NCBI GenBank assembly: GCA_965208905.1
Contig: OZ242365.1
Span: 64,001-128,000 of the forward strand
Length of the DNA: 64,000 nucleotides
Source: Nitrosopumilaceae archaeon
GTDB taxonomy: Archaea > Thermoproteota > Nitrososphaeria > Nitrososphaerales > Nitrosopumilaceae
Direction of reading: 5' to 3'
Part shown: one piece after another, positions 1 to 9,751 of the stretch
How the letters are laid out: every line of letters begins with the position of its first letter
Numbering within the stretch: position 1 is the stretch's first letter
Position numbers and translations under genes: made by a program
Notes under the pieces: generated by a model
Seen by the model: the letters and a program-made list of their open reading frames with translations, nothing else
The model's database searches: none
What the model was told of the DNA's origin: nothing

Positions 1-522
1 GGGCTCGCGATCCAGAATATCTTCCTTGTATGTAATGTGTATCTCATTATACCTTAACAGTACAGTCTTTGGCGTTCTGCCAGGCTTGGTGAGCTCATCT
101 ACCACATATGGTGGTACAGGAAAGGCCAGCCATAACTTATCTGGACGACCCCTGCCGTATATGGGTACATGTATTGATGGTGTACCGTTCCACCGTTTTG
201 ATGTATTATCAAATGCCAGCTCGAACCTATCTGTCTGCGCTACAGGGTTGTGATAGTGTGGGGCACATGCATGCACATTAATCAACTGATTCGTACACCA
301 TGCCTTGTGGTTTCCATGCACGTTTTGTATTATATAGTCGGCGAAGCGCGAGTGGTATACGCCGGTATGGTGCACCGCCATACGATATAGTTTCTTGCCG
401 CGCACACCCCTGCGTAATGCCTTCGCAGTATGATTGGATGCCGCCCCCACATAATGTAACAAACCGCCCAAAAGATGCCCGTTGCCATGTGTTACATGGA
501 TGGTGCGCATTATTGTACCCAT
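1..522 (-). CDS. TnpB-like protein, N-terminal 174 aa (runs off left edge)
   Basis: Manual translation from ATG 522: MGTIMRTIHVTHG...APHYHNPVAQ...LWLAFPVPPYVVDEL...IHITYKEDILDREP, open to base 1. Resembles EPVFRNPVVK...MIAIPVSSDVV...YTITY of the TnpB at 29028. TATA-like ATAAATA ~25 bp upstream. The RuvC region would be outside the window. Confidence 0.55.
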   Translation of the reverse strand, partial: MGTIMRTIHVTHGNGHLLGGLLHYVGAASNHTAKALRRGVRGKKLYRMAVHHTGVYHSRFADYIIQNVHGNHKAWCTNQLINVHACAPHYHNPVAQTDRFELAFDNTSKRWNGTPSIHVPIYGRGRPDKLWLAFPVPPYVVDELTKPGRTPKTVLLRYNEIHITYKEDILDREP

Positions 523-622
523 GCATATGATATGTGGTTTGTGGTATTTATATGTACGGTATTATACCTTATAATTCGATTACGCATAAACTTTATTGTA
601 TTGGTGATGTGAATAGTCAAAC

Positions 623-1423
623 ATGATCTTGATAAAGTTGGGAGGCTCAGTTATTACAGACAAGTCTGTTCCACTCTCGTTTAGCAAGGATGTGGTATAC
701 AAGATGGGCGAGGCCATATATGGCCTATCTGAATCTGAACCTGTAATCTTGGTGCACGGCGGTGGCTCATTTGGGCATTACTATTCTGTACAATACGACA
801 TGCATACTAAACCCAGACGGTACAGTCTGGATGGATTTGCCATTGTCCGTAATTCCATGGTAAAACTGAACAGTCTGATACTTGATGTACTGGCGCAGTG
901 CGGTTTGAGAACATACTGCTGCCCACCATCCGTACTGGTGTATAGTAATGATGCCCCGTACCATGATGGTAGTATAACAAACAAATACAATGCAATACCT
1001 GAACGGGTGCAGGAGTTGCAGACCATTGCAAAATCTGGCATGTGTCCTGTATTGTACGGCGATGCTATGTGGCACAAAGACAAGATGTCGTATATACTGT
1101 CCGGCGATGTTATTATGTCGATGCTCTCAGAGATGCTACACCCACGATTGGCAGTATTTACAATGGATGTGGATGGTTTGTATACATCCATGGAGTCTAA
1201 AAAGATCATACCAAAGGTGGACGCTCAAAGACTAGCTGAATTTAATATTACTGATGATACGCAAAAAAACGACGTGACTGGAGGCATGGTTAGAAAGGTA
1301 CGTGCGGCCACGGAGATATCCAGCAATGGTGCTGATGTATTCTTTGTAAATGGAAAGAAACCAGACCGGCTCACCAACATACTACATAACAAATATGCAG
1401 GTACATACTTTTCTTCAGACTGA
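623..1423 (+). CDS. ipk: Isopentenyl phosphate kinase (amino-acid kinase family)
   Basis: MILIKLGGSVITDK, VHGGGSFGH, ILSGD, DVTGGM motifs. Confidence 0.9.
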   Translation: MILIKLGGSVITDKSVPLSFSKDVVYKMGEAIYGLSESEPVILVHGGGSFGHYYSVQYDMHTKPRRYSLDGFAIVRNSMVKLNSLILDVLAQCGLRTYCCPPSVLVYSNDAPYHDGSITNKYNAIPERVQELQTIAKSGMCPVLYGDAMWHKDKMSYILSGDVIMSMLSEMLHPRLAVFTMDVDGLYTSMESKKIIPKVDAQRLAEFNITDDTQKNDVTGGMVRKVRAATEISSNGADVFFVNGKKPDRLTNILHNKYAGTYFSSD

Positions 1424-2077
1424 TGTAAAGGCATACGCCAACTCTTCAAGAATCTGCAAGGGGTCATCGGCTTTGACCACGCCACTGGCGACTAGTATAC
1501 CACTGGAGCCTAACTTTAGAGCCGTACTTACATCTGAACCATTGACTATTCCGGCACCACATAGTAGTTTGGTCTGTACGTTTAGCTTATCTATACTACT
1601 ACGTGCATCCCGTATCAATGCTGGCTGCTGTGTGGATATGGATTTACCTGTACCAATAAGTTCTGGCGGTTCTATGGCTACATAGTCTGGTTCTAATTTG
1701 GCACATGTTATGGTTTCATCGACAGTCTGTGTGCAGACTACCGATACCATGTTTAGTTTGTTTAATGCGTCTATGATCTTTGTTATGTGACTTAGGGGCA
1801 CTCGATGTTCGCTGTGGTTTATTATGGCTCCATATATGCCTGAATTTTTTAACAGAGTTGGTACTATGTGTCCTGTGGAGCTACCAGGTTCAGCAATATC
1901 TACATGTTGAGCCATTATCTTGGTATCAAGATCAGATAGCCATTTGAGCAGATGCTGGGGTGGCGCTATGACTATCTCTGTACCACTGGCACGGGATATA
2001 TTATATGTGCTCTTGACAAACTCTCTTGTGTCATCATCTGACATTTTGGTATAGTTTTTGCAGTTTATCAATAACAT
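1415..2077 (-). CDS. tpiA: Triosephosphate isomerase, archaeal type
   Basis: INCKNY, NHSEHR, AIEPPELIG, GILVASG motifs; start placed at MLLINCKNY. Confidence 0.93.
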   Translation of the reverse strand: MLLINCKNYTKMSDDDTREFVKSTYNISRASGTEIVIAPPQHLLKWLSDLDTKIMAQHVDIAEPGSSTGHIVPTLLKNSGIYGAIINHSEHRVPLSHITKIIDALNKLNMVSVVCTQTVDETITCAKLEPDYVAIEPPELIGTGKSISTQQPALIRDARSSIDKLNVQTKLLCGAGIVNGSDVSTALKLGSSGILVASGVVKADDPLQILEELAYAFTSV

Positions 2078-2157
2078 TGTACTATTGTGGTGTATGATCC
2101 TCACTTATAGAGATTGTGTGTATGTGACATTGTTGTAAATTCGGCTGATGAGATATA

Positions 2158-3267
2158 TAGTTAGGTGCATAAATAACCCGACACCAGTTTTACACCGGCA
2201 GGATTCTGTCCAAATTTCTGAACAGAATATTGCGCGGATCAAACTTTATTTCCAGTGACTCGTATATCAGCATGATTTTTCTTCGGAAATATCTTTTGGC
2301 CGGCCGCCTGAAAGTTCGCCGTATCCTTGCCTTGCCGTTGAGCCATAACCATTCGGCTGGATTTAAAAACGGCGAGTATGGAGGCAAGAATATCAGTTTG
2401 ACGAAATTATTATTCTTTTTCAAGTATCGCTTTACACGACTAGAGTTGTGATATGCGGCATTGTCCAGTATTACGGCAACCTTGCCGAACCGTTTTTTTG
2501 TCTTGTTTAAATACCTGATAAAGGACCTGTCGTTGGCCTTGCTAGCGGCCATATAGCATGTCTGCCCGTCCAGCGTGATGCCGCCGTATATGGTCTGGCG
2601 CTGGTTGCCGAGTGGTGTTTGTACCGGTATGGCATCACCGCGTGTATAGACTGCGCCGCTGCCAAACATGCTCAAATTTTGGTGGCTTTCATCCGACATT
2701 ATAGGCGTGAATCCGTCTTTTTCCAATGTTTCTATCTCATTTTTGGCATCTTTCTGCCAGATTTCGAGATCTTTCCTTGGTGGAATTCGGTCGGATATCC
2801 GGGGAGTCTTCCGTATGGTAAACCCAAGAGACCTAAGGATACGGCGCGCTTGCGATTCGCTGTATTTTATGCCGGTCTTTTTCTCAGCCAGTTTAACAAA
2901 TCCGTAGGCGGTGAATTGTTTGGTATTGTTAATTATATTCTCTAATGTGTGGCGCGGTACGAAAGATGGACGGCCAGGCCTCGCACCATCGGCGAGGCCA
3001 TCCAGGCCTTTATGGTCGTAGACATTAAGCCAATCATATATGGTGCTACGATCTACACCAAGCACATCCGCTGCCGCAGAGACGGTATATCCTTTAACGC
3101 GCACCATATTTACGGCTACGATACGGGCGTATTGCGTTGTACTCTTAGTCTGTTTTAGGGCAGCCTTTATTTTTTGGGCATTAGTTTGGTTATTCATATA
3201 ATTAGGTAATAATTTTGATCATTTATGCCTTTCTAACAGAATGTAGGATTATTTATGCTCCCAACTA
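2158..3267 (-). mobile_element. IS630-family insertion sequence, complete
   Basis: TIRs TAGTTAGGTGCATAAATAA / TTATTTATGCTCCCAACTA (17/19), flanked by TA dinucleotides. Confidence 0.9.
2190..3197 (-). CDS. IS630-family DDE transposase
   Basis: N-terminal HTH, GRP motif, SDES, ILDNAAYH, LPPYSPFLNPAE. Confidence 0.93.
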   Translation of the reverse strand: MNNQTNAQKIKAALKQTKSTTQYARIVAVNMVRVKGYTVSAAADVLGVDRSTIYDWLNVYDHKGLDGLADGARPGRPSFVPRHTLENIINNTKQFTAYGFVKLAEKKTGIKYSESQARRILRSLGFTIRKTPRISDRIPPRKDLEIWQKDAKNEIETLEKDGFTPIMSDESHQNLSMFGSGAVYTRGDAIPVQTPLGNQRQTIYGGITLDGQTCYMAASKANDRSFIRYLNKTKKRFGKVAVILDNAAYHNSSRVKRYLKKNNNFVKLIFLPPYSPFLNPAEWLWLNGKARIRRTFRRPAKRYFRRKIMLIYESLEIKFDPRNILFRNLDRILPV

Positions 3268-3488
3268 TAACCAAGTAATAGCTTCGTTTTTGAGATATTA
3301 TTTATCACAAATACAGGTTTATTGGCATACTCAAAACAACCATGTACATGCTTAAGACGAAATGAAAAATCGTTGTTCTGAAGCTGTAACATGAAGCATA
3401 ATGCCATCAGTCGGATTTGCAACAATGCCTCGGCACAGCATGCGCAAATCCATAATGTACACCATAATGTGGTCAGACATTTTTTTAA

Positions 3489-6400
3489 CTAATAAAAATA
3501 TTGATCCAAAGACGTCTGTTTTGGTTTACCTAACACTGACTCAAAGTCCATGTTTAATGGGGCCATTATTTGATCTAATGTTGACTCCATAAATTCAAGA
3601 TACTTCTTTACGTCTATATCTTCTGGCTTTGCCATGGATAGCGGCTTTACGCCGGTACGGCTGTTGGTCTTGACATATGATATTATGGTGCCACGTTTGA
3701 TATCTTTATTATTATCCAAAAGTTTGGCGGCCCTTACGTGCTGTGGTATGGTCTTTGTGTAATCTTCTAAATTCCTGCTCAGCATAATATTGAACGCCAA
3801 CTCTTTCATGGGTATAGTCTGGTCTTCCAGACGTTTTGCACTCTCTGCTATCTTTGTTGATATGGAATTCCGGGCTAACTCAAACTCATTTTGGTCTTGT
3901 ACTGATGAGAGTATGCCTGTTATGTCAGTAAATAATGTCTTGATAAATTGTGGTGTGTGGGATTTTTTACCTGTTAAACCTTTGACATCTACCCACCCTT
4001 CTTTTAATACGCCAAAATAATTCTTTTTTCTATTAGACAACACACAATATCGGTACTCTTTGTCTACTTCTAAATCGACACCATGGTTCTTTTTGGCTGT
4101 GTCTATGACATGTTTAATCTGTTCTTCACTGGGATTCTTTAAGAATAGAGAGTCTGTATTGTGTAGCAGAATATTGCCAATACCTCCACAGAAATGATGG
4201 TTTGCAGTTTCAACATCATATACATAGTCGTTTGCATCCTGTACTGTAATACTCTTAATTTTATGCGGATTTGTAATGTTGTGCAGCCCTAGTGTAATTC
4301 TTATTATGCTCACAGACGATATATCAAATGAGTATGCGATACCTGCCATGTCTAATATAGTGGTTATATGTTGTATAATGTAACACTCGTCTTGCTTGAT
4401 GTCTATGTGATTACTGTGTTGTCTTTGATACTGTTCTATGCCACTAGTAAATATTTTATTGTCATATTCTAAACAGTGTGATTTTAAAATATTAGATGTA
4501 TAATCAAGCAGAGTGCCACGGCTTGTACTAATCTCTGAAATACACGCTGTAATAAAACCACACCAGTATGCCACCTTCTCTGGAACATCAATCTTGTATG
4601 GTGTATTGTGTAATGGAAATTGATTTACTGTATCTCCATTACACAATTCGGTGGGTTTTGTCTCTCTATTATTTATGACGAGGCTGTGATCTTCGGTACA
4701 TTGCACAAAACCCGTGTTGGTAAGTATGCTGTATATCTTCTTTTGAGTCTTGTGTCTGTATACGTGTTTTATCTGTTGAAAGCCATTTTCGGTCCATATC
4801 TGGATATTATGTTTAGTAATAATATTGAATAACTCTTCAATGGGAATTATCTTTATGGTATTATTCATTAATATCGTAACGGGTGTACTTCCCACAACAC
4901 TATCTCCATACAACACCTTTATTCCTGCATCATCGCATAGCTTGGCAGTCTCTTGTATGGTGTATCTGCCCACGGCGGTCGTGGCTTCTGCTGCAGGTAA
5001 AAAGTATAATGGAAATATCTGAGCTCCCATTACACCATAGCTGGCGTTTAGTATTACTTTAAGCGCTTGCGTAATTACTGCATACTGTTGTCTGTCTTGT
5101 TCGCTGACATCTGGCGATTTGGATAGTGTCTTGTAGTAGTTTACGCGAAGCTCGCGTAGTGATCCTATAATCAAAGCAGTTAGGCCATTCTTTTTACCAC
5201 ACACCCAATGTTTGGTCTTTGGTATGGTGTTTTTTTGACATTCGGGGTGCGAGCATCGGACGGTCTCATACGACAGATTCTTCACCTTTATTATGCTGGG
5301 ATATAGGCTTGCAAAGTCCATGACAACGACCGTAAAGTGTACCCCCTCTATGGGCTCTATGACCAACCCACCACGATATTTTTTATCTTTAATTACCGCA
5401 TCTGCTGTGACATCTTTAGAGCGTTCTTGCAGCTCACTCTGTTGTGGAATCAGTGCATTCATCTTGCGATGCTCAAAGTATAACAAACTACGAATCCACT
5501 GTGAGACTCCTAGACGTGCTATATCATCAACAGGCATCCTACCTATTCTGCTTATTATAATCAATAAATTCATCAATAAATTATTATTAAATGTAGTAAG
5601 CTTTAGTGTAATTCTAGCATCATTCCAACAGTAGTTGGCAGTCTCGTATAGTGTTAGTTCATTTAATTTTTTTCCATAGTCTATCTTTTTTTCGCCTATT
5701 AGAGCTTCGGCCACCGCATCCAAACCAAACGTATTGTACTTTCCAGAGAATGCATATATCTGGAATGACCTATTCGACATGGTACGATACAAATCCAGAT
5801 GTACACCCTCTTTTAGTGTGGCAGAGTTCTTCATCATGTATAGTGGATTATCGCTGTCGGGAATTCCCAGCCGTTTAGCCCTATAATACAGGTATGGTAA
5901 ATCAAATTCATCCCCATTATACGTTAATAAAAATGGAAAATCCTTCATTATGTCAAACGTATCCTGTATCATTGTTTTTTCATCGGCGTAAAATTTTATT
6001 TTTACATCAGAGTTTAGTTCATTATTCCCACGTGTGACACCGGTCTCCAAAACAAATACCTGACTGAAGTTATCCGTGCCATCAAAACCAACCGCCGTTA
6101 CTTTTTTTTCAGCTAATTTAGGATCTGGTATACGTCCCTCATCTGCATCCACCTCTATGTCTACAGCAACCCGTCGTATGGGTGGTATGGGTTGGTTTAG
6201 GAGATTGGCCCACTCATTTATGAACTCCTGAAACTGCTTTGTATCCACCATCTCATCACTGGCTATATTGTCCCAGAGAAGAGATTTTAGTGCCATTTTG
6301 ATATCTTTAGATATATTTTCATCTTGACTGTGTATCCTTGAATCTTTTATAGAGTAGTATTTACCAATTATGAGTCTCTTGTCATACAGATAGTTTTCAT

Positions 6401-6773
6401 AATACTTGATGTCCGACTCCCATGTGTTTATTACATTTCGTATACTTTTATCGCTGTTTGTGCCACCTATTGCTAGAGGGTCTTCGGTGATTATCTTTGT
6501 CATTGTCACCTGCTGGTCCTTTGCCAAATCTTGTAGTGTAAAAGGTACCACATCAACTATGTCAGAACGATCACCTAATTTTATGCCTACCTCTTGAGGA
6601 GTCAAATCTGTGTAACAGTACGGTTTGTGCCCTGTAGTGTCATTCCATAGTATGATCTTTTTTGATTCTGGCTCGTAAAACTTTAAGACCGCCGACTTTG
6701 CCACACCGTCGTATGTGGCTGAGACCAGCATGGACCGGGGAACGTCTTTGGCTTGTATCGTATTAGACGACAT
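3489..6773 (-). CDS. polB: Family B DNA polymerase (PolB1) with intein
   Basis: DIEV and YNGDEFD exonuclease motifs, DFASLYPSII, KVILNASYG; YGD/TDS split by an insertion. Confidence 0.95.
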   Translation of the reverse strand: MSSNTIQAKDVPRSMLVSATYDGVAKSAVLKFYEPESKKIILWNDTTGHKPYCYTDLTPQEVGIKLGDRSDIVDVVPFTLQDLAKDQQVTMTKIITEDPLAIGGTNSDKSIRNVINTWESDIKYYENYLYDKRLIIGKYYSIKDSRIHSQDENISKDIKMALKSLLWDNIASDEMVDTKQFQEFINEWANLLNQPIPPIRRVAVDIEVDADEGRIPDPKLAEKKVTAVGFDGTDNFSQVFVLETGVTRGNNELNSDVKIKFYADEKTMIQDTFDIMKDFPFLLTYNGDEFDLPYLYYRAKRLGIPDSDNPLYMMKNSATLKEGVHLDLYRTMSNRSFQIYAFSGKYNTFGLDAVAEALIGEKKIDYGKKLNELTLYETANYCWNDARITLKLTTFNNNLLMNLLIIISRIGRMPVDDIARLGVSQWIRSLLYFEHRKMNALIPQQSELQERSKDVTADAVIKDKKYRGGLVIEPIEGVHFTVVVMDFASLYPSIIKVKNLSYETVRCSHPECQKNTIPKTKHWVCGKKNGLTALIIGSLRELRVNYYKTLSKSPDVSEQDRQQYAVITQALKVILNASYGVMGAQIFPLYFLPAAEATTAVGRYTIQETAKLCDDAGIKVLYGDSVVGSTPVTILMNNTIKIIPIEELFNIITKHNIQIWTENGFQQIKHVYRHKTQKKIYSILTNTGFVQCTEDHSLVINNRETKPTELCNGDTVNQFPLHNTPYKIDVPEKVAYWCGFITACISEISTSRGTLLDYTSNILKSHCLEYDNKIFTSGIEQYQRQHSNHIDIKQDECYIIQHITTILDMAGIAYSFDISSVSIIRITLGLHNITNPHKIKSITVQDANDYVYDVETANHHFCGGIGNILLHNTDSLFLKNPSEEQIKHVIDTAKKNHGVDLEVDKEYRYCVLSNRKKNYFGVLKEGWVDVKGLTGKKSHTPQFIKTLFTDITGILSSVQDQNEFELARNSISTKIAESAKRLEDQTIPMKELAFNIMLSRNLEDYTKTIPQHVRAAKLLDNNKDIKRGTIISYVKTNSRTGVKPLSMAKPEDIDVKKYLEFMESTLDQIMAPLNMDFESVLGKPKQTSLDQYFY
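4158..4901 (-). mobile_element. Intein (248 aa) in PolB motif C, degenerate LAGLIDADG
   Basis: Inserted at YGD|TDS. Starts SVVGSTP; block B VQCTEDHSL; ends YVYDVETANHHF...LLHN followed by T. AYWCGFITA looks like a homing-endonuclease remnant. Confidence 0.9.
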
Positions 6774-6776
6774 GGG

Positions 6777-7289
6777 TTACTCCACATGAGTGGATGCCAG
6801 CCTGTTTATCCATCGACTTATACGTGCCCTATCCATTAAAGTGGTCTCTACACCTGCGTCTCTAATCAGAGAGTTTGTATCTTGTGAATACTCTGTCATG
6901 TATACTATACGTTTGATTCCTATTGTAACGGCCAACTTTGTGCATTGTAGACACGGAGACAAAGTGCTGTATAATGTAGCTCCATTGGTGGTACTAATTC
7001 CCAGCATTGAGCAATGTATTATGGCATTGGCCTCAGCATGTGTACACATACATCTGTCTAGTTGCTCACCGGATTTGATCTTTCCCTGTACCCTATCGTG
7101 GCATCGTTTACACCCACCATCGCAACAGTTTGTTATTCCTGGTGGTGTTCCGTTGTATCCTGTTGCCAACTGCCTATTTCCTTTGGCAATGACGGCGCCT
7201 ACCTGTCTGGCGATACAGTTAGAGCGCAAGCTTGCTAATTCTGCTTGAATCATAAAGTATTCATCCCAGTCTGGTCGTTCAAACTTCAT
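6777..7289 (-). CDS. dCMP deaminase
   Basis: RPDWDEYFM, GYNG, HAEANA, PCLQC. Confidence 0.9.
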   Translation of the reverse strand: MKFERPDWDEYFMIQAELASLRSNCIARQVGAVIAKGNRQLATGYNGTPPGITNCCDGGCKRCHDRVQGKIKSGEQLDRCMCTHAEANAIIHCSMLGISTTNGATLYSTLSPCLQCTKLAVTIGIKRIVYMTEYSQDTNSLIRDAGVETTLMDRARISRWINRLASTHVE

Positions 7290-7625
7290 TGTATTGTGTA
7301 GTATATCTTTAAGATATATTTCATTTGTTGTATGGGTTCCCCTCCAAAGTTTAATGCTAGTTAACTAGTGAATAAGGTTGAATTACGATCTTTAATAGCT
7401 TAAATTATTACAATAGATATGTTGTGTAGTGTGAAACCCCAAAACAACGAACCTTGGTATGTTGTCTTCATAGAACTGTATAATCTATGTGATGTATGGA
7501 TTTTGAGGAGACTGCATCCAAACTGAAAAAGAGTATCGCGGAGGCTGATGGATTAGGTTTAGATGATGGGGATGTGCTTCGTGATGAGGCAAAGCTCCTA
7601 CGGATGGTGAGGCGGAATTTCAAAA

Positions 7626-7856
7626 ATGCATCCGGAAAGGATCTCTAAACTATGTAGAAAACTAGAAGGTATAAACCAGAGATTAAACAAGGACTATGAT
7701 GAATATGATCATATCACATTACGTATAGCCGAGCATTATAATAATATAGAATTATTACGGCAGGATCGAAGCCGAGTCCGTCACACAAAAACAGATATCT
7801 ACAGTTCCACCCTCAAGATGGAAGTAATAATCCAGCATAATGACATCAACAAGTGA
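7626..7856 (+). CDS. Small hypothetical protein
   Basis: 76-aa coiled-coil-like ORF overlapping an upstream 50-aa ORF (7496-7648); no motif recognised. Confidence 0.3.
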   Translation: MHPERISKLCRKLEGINQRLNKDYDEYDHITLRIAEHYNNIELLRQDRSRVRHTKTDIYSSTLKMEVIIQHNDINK

Positions 7857-8003
7857 TAATTTGTAGTGTGGTCTTTTCACACGCATCGACTTTTCATAGA
7901 CTTCCGGCACTTAGTATGAGCATTTGAATGATGTTCTATTCAGTCTAATTCCCTGATATTTTGTGTAATAACTAATTAATCGGGTATACTATCTCTGATT
8001 GTA

Positions 8004-9506
8004 GTGAAATATATAGAGAAAAAGTACATACGCCAAGATACAATAGAGCATAGGGACTATCAGATAAATCTCGCTCATGATGCTGTCAATGAAAACTGTA
8101 TTGTTGTTCTACCTACTGGTCTGGGCAAGACCACCGTGGGATTATACGTTATGGCAGACTACTTGGCACGAAATACTGGCGGTTCACTGTTTTTAGCTCC
8201 CACCAGAGTGCTGGCCAGTCAACATTACAATTTTCTTAAAGATGCGATGACTTTGGATGATATATCGCTGGTGACCGGTGAGGACTCTGTACAGAAGAGA
8301 AAGCAGCGATGGATTGCCAGTGTGGTCTGCGCAACACCTGAGATTGCCCGGAACGACTTTGAAAGAGGCGTGGTGCATCCCAGTCAGTTTAATCTGGTTA
8401 TATTTGATGAGGTACATCGTGCCGTGGGAGATTATGCGTATACTGTCATTGCGCAGAGATTTGTTGGCAGAGACGTTCGTATCATGGGTATGACTGCCAC
8501 ACTACCCAGCGAGATGGAAAAGGCCACTGAGATTGTTACACGGCTTCGGATATCCAAGGTGGTTGAACGTACGGACACAAGTGATGATGTAAAGCCATAC
8601 ATTCAGGATACTCAAACACAGTGGGTTATGATTGACTTGCCACCAGAGATGATTCGCATGCAGCGAGATCTCAAGCGAGCCTTGACTGACAGGTATAATA
8701 TACTGAAAAGCAATGGTTCTCTGAGTTTGGGCACGCCTTCACTCTCCACACTACTTCGTATACGTCAACGTATATTCTCACAGTATCGTGGCCTGATAGT
8801 ACCGTTGATGAGTGCAATTCGCATACATTATGCCCTGAATATATTGGAGGCCCATGGCATAACACCGTTTTTGAACTTTTGTGCTCGTACCCGTAAGAAG
8901 GGCGGCCCTGGGACTATTGACTTGTTGGACAACGACAAGTTCTTTTCCCGAACAGTTCAATCCGCCACACAGTACCAGTCTCAGGGGCTTGAACACCCCA
9001 AGATTCCAAAACTACGTGAACTATTGGCTAAGATACCTGGCAAGGTCTTGATATTTGCCAGCTACAGGGATACTGTGGATGTCATATATGACAATCTACA
9101 AAAGATGAATATTCCATCAGCAATATTGATAGGTAAGGCTGGTGAGACCGGCTTAAAACAAAAAAAGCAGATTGAAACAGTACAAAAGTTTCGAGATGGT
9201 CAATACAGGGTACTGGTTGCTACTAGAGTAGGCGAGGAGGGACTGGATATAGCCGAGGTGAACCATGTGATATTTTATGATAATGTGCCCAGCTCAATAC
9301 GCTACATACAACGAAAAGGCCGCACAGGAAGAAAGAATACTGGAAAACTAATAGTTCTAATTGCCAAAAATACCATTGATGAGACCTATTACTGGGTTGG
9401 AAAGAGAAAGGTAAAGGCTGCCAGTAATGTTGGTAGTAAGATGACCCGCCTATTAAACGAAAACAAGAGAAAACCTGCGCAGACCAGCATGGATGCGTTC
9501 ACCTGA
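8004..9506 (+). CDS. Hef/FANCM (Mph1)-like SF2 helicase lacking nuclease domain
   Basis: PTGLGKT, DEVH, TAT, EEGLDI, QRKGRTGR. Confidence 0.88.
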   Translation: MKYIEKKYIRQDTIEHRDYQINLAHDAVNENCIVVLPTGLGKTTVGLYVMADYLARNTGGSLFLAPTRVLASQHYNFLKDAMTLDDISLVTGEDSVQKRKQRWIASVVCATPEIARNDFERGVVHPSQFNLVIFDEVHRAVGDYAYTVIAQRFVGRDVRIMGMTATLPSEMEKATEIVTRLRISKVVERTDTSDDVKPYIQDTQTQWVMIDLPPEMIRMQRDLKRALTDRYNILKSNGSLSLGTPSLSTLLRIRQRIFSQYRGLIVPLMSAIRIHYALNILEAHGITPFLNFCARTRKKGGPGTIDLLDNDKFFSRTVQSATQYQSQGLEHPKIPKLRELLAKIPGKVLIFASYRDTVDVIYDNLQKMNIPSAILIGKAGETGLKQKKQIETVQKFRDGQYRVLVATRVGEEGLDIAEVNHVIFYDNVPSSIRYIQRKGRTGRKNTGKLIVLIAKNTIDETYYWVGKRKVKAASNVGSKMTRLLNENKRKPAQTSMDAFT

Positions 9507-9547
9507 CACAAATTTTAGAATTTAGCGTATCAAACTTTACAAATAAT

Positions 9548-9713
9548 TGTAACAGCTCGCCGTTGTGAAGCTAGGAGTGAAAAAACCTGATACTTGGTCA
9601 GGTTATGTCTATTTCTTCAAGCAAAAGACTGCTTTTTACGCATGGATGCCATGCTGGCCTGACCAAGTATAATTTTAGTATATACACCAACTTCACAACG
9701 GCGAGCTGTTACA
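9548..9713. mobile_element. MITE, 166 bp, TGT...ACA ends (IS481-like)
   Basis: Perfect 23-bp TIR TGTAACAGCTCGCCGTTGTGAAG; 6-bp TSD AATAAT (9542-9547, 9714-9719); internal 13-bp IR ATACTTGGTCAGG. Confidence 0.85.
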
Positions 9714-9751
9714 AATAATTATATTATACTCAAACATCACTTGTATTTAAT

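Larger units (their letters stand above)
2126..3429. mobile_element. IS6-like MITE (~190 bp) interrupted by IS630
   Basis: Imperfect IR: GACATTGTTGTAAATTCGGCTGATG (2126-2150) vs reverse complement of 3405-3429 GGCATTGTTGCAAATCCGACTGATG (21/25). Resembles the IS26 end GGCACTGTTGCAAA. No TSD seen. Confidence 0.55.
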
